From a bacterium (GTDB taxonomy: Bacteria; Orphanbacterota; Orphanbacteria; JBJXGV01), in contig JBJXGV010000010.1 in assembly GCA_046160485.1 (NCBI GenBank), positions 5,644 to 69,643 of the forward strand: a stretch of 64,000 bases of DNA, in the 5' to 3' direction. Made by a program: the position numbers and the translations under genes. This document shows, one piece after another, positions 10,341 to 18,195 of the stretch (position 1 is its first letter; each line of letters opens with the position of its first letter). The notes beneath the pieces are model-generated. The model searched no databases. It was given only the letters and a program-made list of their open reading frames with translations, and was not told the DNA's origin.

Positions 10341-13048
10341 GAGAGAAACTCGAGCACTACCAAGAGAAGTTGACGGACCGCGAGAGGCTGGCGGTTTGGG
10401 AGCGCGTGCGCGATGCGCGCGGCGCGAGCGGTGCGCTCGACGCGCTGAGCGACGCGGATCGGCGGCGCGCGCTGTGGCCGAAGTACCGGCTCGCGGGATC
10501 GCTCGCGATCGGGCTCCTCGCGATCGGCGCGGTCGTCGCGGTGCATCGCGCGACGCAGCCGGAGCAGATCGCCGAGCGGCGCGTCGCGCAGCGTGTCGAG
10601 AGTGAGAAGCGCGCCGATCGCACGCGACGCTCGCTCAACTTCGCGTGGCACGGGGATTCGACGGACACGGCGCGGCCTGGCTCGTATCCCGAGCCCGACG
10701 TGACGATGCTCGCGAAGAAGGGCGCGATCGACGAGATCGCACTCGCGAAGGAAGCGCTCGATCGCTGGGCGGAGAACACGGTCGGAATCGCGAAACCGAG
10801 CGAGACGAGCAGCCGCATCACGGTCGCGGAGACAGCCGATTCGCTCGAGATCCGCGGCGTCGTCGTCGATGCGAAGAGCGGCGCGCCGATCGCGTTCGCG
10901 AACGTGACCCTCGAAGGCACTCACCTCGGCGCGAACACGAGCCTCGACGGAACGTTTGCGATTCGCGGCCTCGTGCCCGGGACCTACGTTTTGCGCGTGG
11001 CGATGCTTGGATTCGCAACGCAGCTGGACAGCGTCCTCGTCGCGCCACGCGCACCGGCGGAGATCCGCTTCGCGCTCGCCGAGGCGGAGGTGACGACGCT
11101 CGCGTCGATCGGCGTGAAGGATCAGGAGCGCCGCGGCGAAGTTGAATCCGCGTCTTCGAGCACCGCGATCGACACGAAGTACGAGTTCAGGCATCGCGCG
11201 CCGACTGACCAGCTTTCCAGCGAGAAGAGTACCGCGATGAATTCGCAGGACGGCCAGCTTCACGTCCGCGGCGGACGCGCGAGCGAGGCGAAGCGCCTCG
11301 CGAACGGACTTCCGTCACCCGACGCGAGCGCCACTGCGGGCATTCAAGAGCTTGGCGACGGCGGCCTGATGTCGAGCCCCGCTCAGACTGAAGTGCTCCA
11401 CTCGCTCGGCAACGGTGGCGGCGGCGGCGGCTGGAGCGCGGCGGCCCTGGGAGCGCCGCACGTTCCGGTCCACGGCGGCTCGACGCTCCCGAACGACGAA
11501 GTCTACGACTCGATGTTCTTCGAGCACTACGGCGTCAATCCGTTCATCCCGACCGACGAAGATTCGCAGTCGACGTTCGCGGTCGATGTCGACGCCGCGT
11601 CGTACACCGTCGCGCGCCGCTACATCGACGGCGGACACCTGCCGCCTCAGGAAGCCGCGCGCGTCGAAGAGTTCGTCAACTTCTTCGAGCAGGACTATCC
11701 GAGCTTCACCGACGTCGACTTCCGCGTGCTGATCGACGCGGCGCCGTCGCCGTTCGGCAACGGCTACCAGCTCATGCGCGTCGGCATCAAGGGACGCGAG
11801 GTCGATGCGCGCAATCGCAAGCCCGCGAATCTTGTGTTCGTGATCGATACGTCGGGTTCGATGAATCGCGAAGACCGGATCACGCTCGTAAAGCGGTCGC
11901 TCCATCTGTTGCTCGACGAGCTGCGACCGGACGACACGGTCGGGATCGTCGCGTACTCGAACGACGCGCGCGTCGTGCTCGAGCCGGCGGCGCTCGGCGG
12001 CGCCGGCGAAGACGACGAGAGCGATCCGCGCGCGATGCGCGACGGCGCGGGGCGCGACGCGCGGCGCGACGATCGCGTTCGGCTCGCGGGCCCCGACGAG
12101 GTCGCGCGCGCGATCGACGCGCTCTGGCCCGACGGTGGCACGAACGCCGAGGCAGGCCTTACGCTCGGCTACGAAATGGCGAGACGCGCATTCCGCCCCG
12201 GCGCGATCAATCGCATCATCCTCTGCTCCGACGGCGTCGCGAACATCGGCAGGACCGGCTCCGAGTCGATCCTCGAGAGCGTGCGGCGCGAGGCCGACCG
12301 CGGCATCCATCTCTCGGCGATCGGCGTCGGCATGGGCAACTACAACGACGTGCTACTCGAACAACTCGCCAATCGCGGCGACGGCAATTACTACTACGTC
12401 GACGACATCGACGAGGCGCGGCGCGTCTTCGTCGAGAACCTCACCGGTACTCTTCAGACGATCGCGAAGGACGCGAAGGTGCAGGTCGAGTTCGATCCGC
12501 GGCTCGTTCTGCGCTACCGGCTGCTCGGCTTCGAGAACCGCGACGTCGCCGACCGCGATTTCCGCAACGACGCGATCGACGCGGGCGAGATCGGCGCGGG
12601 GCACGAGGTCACCGCGCTCTACGAGGTGAAGCTCGCGAGTGGCGTCACGCGCGGGCGTCTCGCGGCAGTGCGTCTGCGCTATGCCGCCCCCGAGGATCAG
12701 CTCGGCGCCGCGGGTCGCGTGCGCGAGATCGAGACCGGCTTCGACGCGCGCGACATCGCGCGGAGCTTCGACGCCGCGTCGCCGCGCCTGCGCCTCGCCG
12801 CCGTCGTCGCCGAGTTCGCCGAGATCTTGCGTCACAGCTACTGGGCGAAGGAGAACACGATCGCCGCGCTCGTGCCGATGGCGCGCGCCCTCGCGCGCGA
12901 TCTGCCGCGCGACCCCGCCGTCGCCGAGTTCGCGCAGCTCGTCGAGCGCGCCGCCGACCTCTCCGACAAGCTCACGCCCGAGGAGCGCCGCGCGCTCGAG
13001 CCGCCTCCGCTGCCGGCGGGCATGCGTGATGGCGTTTCGATGCGATAG
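10337..13048 (+). CDS. Membrane-anchored vWA (YfbK/DUF3520-type) protein with carboxypeptidase-regulatory-like domain; putative anti-sigma fusion
   Basis: TM near N-terminus; 'IRGVVVDAKSGAPIAFANV...GTYVLRVAMLGF'; 'STFAVDVDAASY'; MIDAS 'VIDTSGSM'; 'LLGFENRDVADRDFRNDAIDAGEIGAGHEVTALYE'. Confidence 0.85.
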   Translation: MREKLEHYQEKLTDRERLAVWERVRDARGASGALDALSDADRRRALWPKYRLAGSLAIGLLAIGAVVAVHRATQPEQIAERRVAQRVESEKRADRTRRSLNFAWHGDSTDTARPGSYPEPDVTMLAKKGAIDEIALAKEALDRWAENTVGIAKPSETSSRITVAETADSLEIRGVVVDAKSGAPIAFANVTLEGTHLGANTSLDGTFAIRGLVPGTYVLRVAMLGFATQLDSVLVAPRAPAEIRFALAEAEVTTLASIGVKDQERRGEVESASSSTAIDTKYEFRHRAPTDQLSSEKSTAMNSQDGQLHVRGGRASEAKRLANGLPSPDASATAGIQELGDGGLMSSPAQTEVLHSLGNGGGGGGWSAAALGAPHVPVHGGSTLPNDEVYDSMFFEHYGVNPFIPTDEDSQSTFAVDVDAASYTVARRYIDGGHLPPQEAARVEEFVNFFEQDYPSFTDVDFRVLIDAAPSPFGNGYQLMRVGIKGREVDARNRKPANLVFVIDTSGSMNREDRITLVKRSLHLLLDELRPDDTVGIVAYSNDARVVLEPAALGGAGEDDESDPRAMRDGAGRDARRDDRVRLAGPDEVARAIDALWPDGGTNAEAGLTLGYEMARRAFRPGAINRIILCSDGVANIGRTGSESILESVRREADRGIHLSAIGVGMGNYNDVLLEQLANRGDGNYYYVDDIDEARRVFVENLTGTLQTIAKDAKVQVEFDPRLVLRYRLLGFENRDVADRDFRNDAIDAGEIGAGHEVTALYEVKLASGVTRGRLAAVRLRYAAPEDQLGAAGRVREIETGFDARDIARSFDAASPRLRLAAVVAEFAEILRHSYWAKENTIAALVPMARALARDLPRDPAVAEFAQLVERAADLSDKLTPEERRALEPPPLPAGMRDGVSMR

Positions 13049-13061
13049 TTTTCGCGCCCCA

Positions 13062-13087
13062 CAATCCGAATCCGTCCTGCGCTCGTA
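13062..13087 (+). promoter_or_regulatory. Candidate ECF (SigK-like) promoter CAATCC-N16-CGTA
   Basis: Directly upstream of GTG 13095; same ATCCG...CGTA motif at 17067-17093 and 18105-18130. Confidence 0.5.
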
Positions 13088-13094
13088 GGATGTA

Positions 13095-14642
13095 GTGCGG
13101 TTCGTGTCGCGCGACACGACGCACACGGGAGCAGCACTGACGCCAATTCACGGAACTCGCGCCGCACGCCGGAACGCGGTGCGCGCGACGATCGCACTCA
13201 TCGCGGCAGCGCTCGCAAACGCCGCGCCGGGCTCGAGCACGAACGCGCACGCCGCCGGGTGGCGGCAGCACATCGTGCCGCTCGCGAGCGAGCGCGTGCG
13301 CGCCGAGTTCGTCAACTGGTACGGCGGCACGGCCGACGCACCCGGAGTCGACACCTACACCTTCTTCGCGAGCCAACTTCGCGTCGGCGCGCGCGCGACG
13401 TATCCGCGAGTGCAGGCGCTCGTCGAGTTCCAGAACACGCGGCTTGCCGGCCTTCCCAACGACGCGAGCCTCCCAGCGCCGCGCGGCAACCTCGGACCCG
13501 GCGCCGTCTACTACGCCCACACGCGCGAATCCGATCAGGGCGAAACGTTCCTGCGCCAAGCGTTCGTCGCCGCGCGCTGGAAGGGCGTGCAGGCGGCGCT
13601 CGGGCGATTCGAGTACGCCGACGGCCTCGAGACGACTCCCGGCGATCCGACGCTCGTGTGGTTGAAGCGCGCGCGCATCGCTGAGCGCCTCGTCGGCCCG
13701 TACGGCTACACGCACGTCGGCCGCGTCTTCGACGGCGCGCGCCTCTCGGCGGACCGTCGCGCGTTCAACATCTCCGCGATCGCCGCGCGCCCGACTGCCG
13801 GCGGATTCGAAGTCAGCGCGGGACCGCAGCTCGGCGACGTCGACCTCGCGGGCGTGTCGCTCACCGCGAAGCGCCTCGACGTCGCGCGACCCGCCGACAT
13901 GCGCGTCGCGTACTTTTTCTACGAGGATCGCCGCGGCGCGGATGGAACGCCGGTACGCGTCGACAATCGCCCGGCGGCCGTGCGCGCGGAGGATCGCGGC
14001 GCGATTCGCATTCACACGCTCGCGGGCCACGCGATCGCGGCCGCGGACATCGGCGCCGGCCGCGGTGATGCGCTCGCGTGGTTCGCGCACCAATCCGGCG
14101 ACTGGGGTTCGCAATCGCACCGCGCGTGGAGCGTCGCCCTCGAAGCGGGATACCAGTTGCCGCGCGTCGCGGGCACTCCGTGGTTTCGCGGCGGCGCCAA
14201 CGTCGCGTCGGGCGACGCGAACGCGCTCGACGACGAACACCGCACGTTCGTGCCGCTCCTACCGACGCCGCGAATTTACGCGCAGCTCCCCTTCTACAAC
14301 GGAATGAATATTCGCGACCTCTTCGCGCACGTCATCGTGCGCCCGCACAGCATGATCACGGTCCGAGCCGACTTTCACGAGCTACGCCTTCGCGAGGAGA
14401 ACGATCTCTGGTATTCGGGAGGCGGCGCGACATCGGAGCGGATCTTCGGCTACGCCGGAATCGCAGCGGTGCGCGGGACCGATCTGGCGAACGTCGCGGA
14501 GATTTCCGTCACCGCGTCGCCGCACCGGCGCGTCACGCTCTACGCGTTCTACGCCTACGCGTCCGGCGGTGAGGTCATGCGAAGCGTCTTCGCCGACGCC
14601 GACATCCGGTACGGCTACTTCGAGACGACGCTCCGGTACTAG
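13095..14642 (+). CDS. Alginate-export-family outer-membrane beta-barrel protein
   Basis: Signal-like region, 'ERLVGPYGYTHVGRVFDG', 'ASGD...TFVPLLPT', alternating beta-strands, C-terminal aromatic residue. Confidence 0.75.
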   Translation: MRFVSRDTTHTGAALTPIHGTRAARRNAVRATIALIAAALANAAPGSSTNAHAAGWRQHIVPLASERVRAEFVNWYGGTADAPGVDTYTFFASQLRVGARATYPRVQALVEFQNTRLAGLPNDASLPAPRGNLGPGAVYYAHTRESDQGETFLRQAFVAARWKGVQAALGRFEYADGLETTPGDPTLVWLKRARIAERLVGPYGYTHVGRVFDGARLSADRRAFNISAIAARPTAGGFEVSAGPQLGDVDLAGVSLTAKRLDVARPADMRVAYFFYEDRRGADGTPVRVDNRPAAVRAEDRGAIRIHTLAGHAIAAADIGAGRGDALAWFAHQSGDWGSQSHRAWSVALEAGYQLPRVAGTPWFRGGANVASGDANALDDEHRTFVPLLPTPRIYAQLPFYNGMNIRDLFAHVIVRPHSMITVRADFHELRLREENDLWYSGGGATSERIFGYAGIAAVRGTDLANVAEISVTASPHRRVTLYAFYAYASGGEVMRSVFADADIRYGYFETTLRY

Positions 14643-14670
14643 TGGCAGGCTCGCGCGAGCGGGGCGCGCC

Positions 14671-15447
14671 TTACGAACTCTCGAGCACCGTCGGGCCGCT
14701 CGGTTGCAGCGGCGCGTCGACGGGCTCGAGCGTCACGTAGAGCCGCGTCACCGGCGCGGTGTACGACTCGACCGGCACCGGCAGTTGGCTGAGCACTGCG
14801 CCCGTGGCATTGAGGCCGAGCTTTCCGCAGTAGACCGGCCGCGCGTCGACCTCGGCCCACAAGCGGTACGTCATTCCCTCGGGCGGCTCGGGCAGGCCGT
14901 GCACCGCGACCGCGGCCTTCTTCGCGTCGAGATCGATGAGGATCGTGCCGGCGGCGTTCGCGCGGCCGCCCGCGCTCGTCATCGCGAAATCGAGGACGAC
15001 GTTGGGCTGGTGAAGCACGCCGAACGCTTGATCGCGGAGCTGCATTTCGCGGCGGAGGCGCGCGTTGTCGAGAACAACGATCGCGAGCATCGCCGCAGCA
15101 GCAAGCGCGGCCGCCGGGCGCCAGAAGCGCAGCGCGCTGCGACGGATCACGCGCGCCGGCGGCGCGGGCGAACTCGAGTGCGCGGTGGCGCGCCGGGCGC
15201 TTTCGGCCGTCGCCGACAGCACACGCGCGCGCAGCCGCGCCGGCGGCGCCACAGCGACCGGACGCGCGAGCAAGTGCAGCGTCGCGCGGAAGCTCTCGGT
15301 CTCCGCGGCGAGTGCGGCATCGTTCGCCACGCGCTGCTCGAACGCCGAGACCTCCGCCTCGCTCAGCTCTCCGAGCAAGTACGCAATGATCTCGTCGATT
15401 CGATCGTCGTTCGGTTCCATCGGCTCGGTCGGCTTCATCGGCGTCAC
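14671..15447 (-). CDS. RskA-like anti-sigma factor
   Basis: 'AYLLGELS', 'VAPPARLRARVL', TM, 'GLPEPPEGMTYRLW...VTLEP...PSGP' RskA C-terminal domain. Confidence 0.85.
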   Translation of the reverse strand: MTPMKPTEPMEPNDDRIDEIIAYLLGELSEAEVSAFEQRVANDAALAAETESFRATLHLLARPVAVAPPARLRARVLSATAESARRATAHSSSPAPPARVIRRSALRFWRPAAALAAAAMLAIVVLDNARLRREMQLRDQAFGVLHQPNVVLDFAMTSAGGRANAAGTILIDLDAKKAAVAVHGLPEPPEGMTYRLWAEVDARPVYCGKLGLNATGAVLSQLPVPVESYTAPVTRLYVTLEPVDAPLQPSGPTVLESS

Positions 15448-15480
15448 GGTTTCATCGCAGTCGCGATTAGATGTGTCATG

Positions 15481-16083
15481 TCATTCCACCAGGTCGCGCA
15501 GGCGCTCGCGCAAACTCAGAAGAGCGCGCCGCGACCAACTCTTCACGGTTCCGAGCGGAACACCCGTCGAGACCGCGATCTCGGATTGGCTGAGGCCATC
15601 GTAGTACGCGAGCTCGAGCACGCGGCGCTGAGCATGCGGCAGCGCCTCCATCGCGTCGCGCACGCGCGACGCGCTTTCGTCGAGCGCGAGCTGCTCGAGC
15701 GAGCCCGTCGATTCGACCGGCTCCGGCATCTGGCGGCCGACGACCTCGAGCAGCCCATCGAGCCGCCGCCGCGATCGAAGCCTGTCGAGCGCGCGCGAGC
15801 GCGTCAGCGTCACGAGGTACGCACCGAGCGTACCCCGCGCGGGATCGAAAGCACGGCGGCGGTAGAGCGCAATGAAAACCTCCTGCGTCAGGTCCTCGGC
15901 CTCGTCCGCACTCGCCAGTATCGAACTCGCAAGGCCGAAAACCAGACTCGAGTATCGATCGTAGATCGGCGCCATCGCGCTCGGGTCTTCGGCGCCGAGA
16001 GCGCGGTACAACTCGTCATCGCCACGCCGCACGGTGTTGCCCCGCCGCACTACCGAGAACTGTTCCTGAGGCGTCGGCAGCAT
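15481..16083 (-). CDS. SigK-like ECF sigma factor
   Basis: 'EAEDLTQEVF...FDPARG', 'VLELAYYDGLSQSEIA...PLGTVKSW', upstream of RskA. Confidence 0.9.
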   Translation of the reverse strand: MLPTPQEQFSVVRRGNTVRRGDDELYRALGAEDPSAMAPIYDRYSSLVFGLASSILASADEAEDLTQEVFIALYRRRAFDPARGTLGAYLVTLTRSRALDRLRSRRRLDGLLEVVGRQMPEPVESTGSLEQLALDESASRVRDAMEALPHAQRRVLELAYYDGLSQSEIAVSTGVPLGTVKSWSRRALLSLRERLRDLVE

Positions 16084-16094
16084 CCGGGCTCAGT

Positions 16095-17060
16095 CTAGTT
16101 TCCCGCCGCGAAAGGCTTCGGCAACACGGCGAGACCGACCAACCTGAGCGTTCCGTCGCCAATCGTTCCGAGCGCGACCGCGGCCCCCGTCGCGAGGTCG
16201 ACGCGATAGAGCACGGAGCCCGTCGCCGCGAACGCACGCTCGCTCTCGCCGGGACCCGAAAGTATGTCGAAGCCGGACTCGGAATCGAAGTCGACGCCGA
16301 GCGAGCCGATCGTGCGCAGCACGCCGTCGTTCGGTGGATCTTGCAGAACGAGAACGTCGGTGCCCGCGTCGATGTTGAAGAGCTGCGTCGTCGCGGCGCC
16401 GGCGATCGAGCGCGTGTACGCGGCCGCGGCGAGGCGCGGGCGCGTTCCGGCGTTCGCGTCCTTCGGCGCGTACGTCAGCGCGCCGTCCGTCGCCGCCGCG
16501 CCGAGATCGACATGCACACGAAGGTTCTGCCCGTTCTCCGCGACGAGCCGAAGGCGATCCGCCTGCGGATTGAAATCGAAACCGGAGTGCGTGCCGCCGT
16601 CGAACGGCGCCGTGAGCGTGCTCGCGCTCTTGGCCTTGCCGGTCGCCGCGTCGATGACGTAGAGGTCGTACCCGTCGGAGAGCGCGTAGAGGCGCGCGTC
16701 CGCGGGACGCACGTCGATCCCGACGAGCGTGCCGCTCGCGCCGGTGATCGGCGTCGAACTCACGACGCCGGGTGAAGCGGCGTTGAATCTCACGAGCGTA
16801 TTGTCGTGGGTCAGCGCGACGATCTCGACGTTGTCGGCAATGCCGGATTTCTGAGCGCTCTGCGAGTGGGCAACGCGCGCCGCGGGCGGCAGCGCCGGCG
16901 CGAACGCCGCCGCGACTACCGCGAGCGGAGCGAACCAACGCGCCAGCGGCAACGCACGCGAGAACTTCGCGCGACGCCCCCGCGACACGCAGCCCCGCGA
17001 CGCGCCGCCGGCACAGTTGAGTGTTTTCACGGTTTCGATCACAAGTTCACGTCCCCTCAA
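16095..17060 (-). CDS. DUF4394 domain-containing secreted protein (start uncertain)
   Basis: 'VGIDVRPAD', 'GFDFNPQADRLRLV', 'AAAYT', 'QDPPNDGVL'. Confidence 0.85.
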   Translation of the reverse strand: MRGRELVIETVKTLNCAGGASRGCVSRGRRAKFSRALPLARWFAPLAVVAAAFAPALPPAARVAHSQSAQKSGIADNVEIVALTHDNTLVRFNAASPGVVSSTPITGASGTLVGIDVRPADARLYALSDGYDLYVIDAATGKAKSASTLTAPFDGGTHSGFDFNPQADRLRLVAENGQNLRVHVDLGAAATDGALTYAPKDANAGTRPRLAAAAYTRSIAGAATTQLFNIDAGTDVLVLQDPPNDGVLRTIGSLGVDFDSESGFDILSGPGESERAFAATGSVLYRVDLATGAAVALGTIGDGTLRLVGLAVLPKPFAAGN

Positions 17061-17066
17061 ACTCTC

Positions 17067-17093
17067 TACGAGATCAGCGGGGGGTCCGGATCG
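17067..17093 (-). promoter_or_regulatory. Candidate ECF promoter CGATCC-N17-CGTA
   Basis: Immediately upstream of the 17060 gene; matches the two other copies. Confidence 0.45.
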
Positions 17094-17106
17094 CCCGAAC
17101 CCCCCG
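17078..17106. terminator. GC hairpin between the DUF4394 paralogues (terminator or RNA stabiliser)
   Basis: CGGGGGG-TCCGG...CCGAA-CCCCCCG inverted repeat; no clear U-tract. Confidence 0.4.
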
Positions 17107-17138
17107 GGAAGTGAGGCGCGCCGATGTTGTGTTCAGAG

Positions 17139-18050
17139 TTAGCGGTAGATCCCCTTGATCGCGCCCCACGTCGTTGCCTCGGTCGCGTTCGGAGGCGGCT
17201 CGCCGAAGATGCTCATGCTCCGAATTGTCTGCCCGCCGGCGATGGCGCCGAGCAGCGTCGCCGATCCGGTCGAGATGTCGAGCGCGTAAAGACTCGAGAC
17301 GCCGGCCGCGTTGTTGAACGCCGCGTACGCGACGCCCGTCGCGCCCGAGATATCGAACGCCGCCACGTTCGAGGGATTCACGCCGAGCGCACCGACCGTA
17401 TTGAGCACGCCGTTGTTCGGCGGCGACTGCGTCGCGAGAAGATTGAACACCGTCTCGACGTCGTAGAGCGTCGTCGTCGCCGGGGGCGGATCGAACGAGT
17501 TCGTGTAAGCCGCGGCCACGCAGTACGGATCCTCGCCGAAGTTCGGATCGGCGGCCGCGTAGCGCAGCGTCGAGTCGACCGCGACGATCGTTCCGAGATC
17601 CGGATGCGCGCGAAGATTCTGATCGAGATCGCTGATGATGCGGATGCGATCGACGGTGGGATTGAAGTCCATGCCGAACTCGGCGCCGTTGAGCGGCGGC
17701 GAGAACGGACCCGCGCCGATCGCGGTCGCGACGCCCGTCACGCGATCGATTTCATAGAGGCGGCTCGAGCTGCCGAGACCGTAGAGACGGCCGACCGGCG
17801 CCTTCGGCCGGAAGTCGACCGCGAGAATGTTTTCGCCCGGCATGAGGCCAGTCACGGGAACGCTGTACGTGATGCTCCCCGGCGTCGCCGTGTCGAAAAC
17901 CATGAGCGTGTTGGTGGTCGAGACGCAGTACGCGCCCTCTTGCGCGCGCGACGACGCCGGTGACGCGAGCAGTGCGGCGACGCTGAGCAGACCGGCGGGC
18001 ACGAGACGCAGACAACGCGAACCGAGCGTTAAGCGGGAACGACTCTTCAC
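17139..18050 (-). CDS. DUF4394 domain-containing secreted protein with C-terminal 'TWGAIKGIYR' tail
   Basis: GAAGGAGG RBS before GTG 18050; signal peptide; 'VDFRP', 'GMDFNPTVDRIRI', 'AAAYTN', 'QSPPNNGVL'. Confidence 0.85.
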   Translation of the reverse strand: MKSRSRLTLGSRCLRLVPAGLLSVAALLASPASSRAQEGAYCVSTTNTLMVFDTATPGSITYSVPVTGLMPGENILAVDFRPKAPVGRLYGLGSSSRLYEIDRVTGVATAIGAGPFSPPLNGAEFGMDFNPTVDRIRIISDLDQNLRAHPDLGTIVAVDSTLRYAAADPNFGEDPYCVAAAYTNSFDPPPATTTLYDVETVFNLLATQSPPNNGVLNTVGALGVNPSNVAAFDISGATGVAYAAFNNAAGVSSLYALDISTGSATLLGAIAGGQTIRSMSIFGEPPPNATEATTWGAIKGIYR

Positions 18051-18104
18051 GGAAAAACCTCCTTCGCAGGCGCGGGGCCTGCAAGATTGTGGTTGATGCC
18101 CAAG

Positions 18105-18130
18105 TACGCTCGGCGCGGAGAATCGGATGC
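18105..18130 (-). promoter_or_regulatory. Candidate ECF promoter GCATCC-N16-CGTA
   Basis: About 55 nt upstream of GTG 18050; third copy of the motif. Confidence 0.5.
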
Positions 18131-18195
18131 GGGGGTGCGGAAGATTTCTGGGAAGCGGTGACCGCGGAAATCGCGATCTGATACGCTGACCCGAC

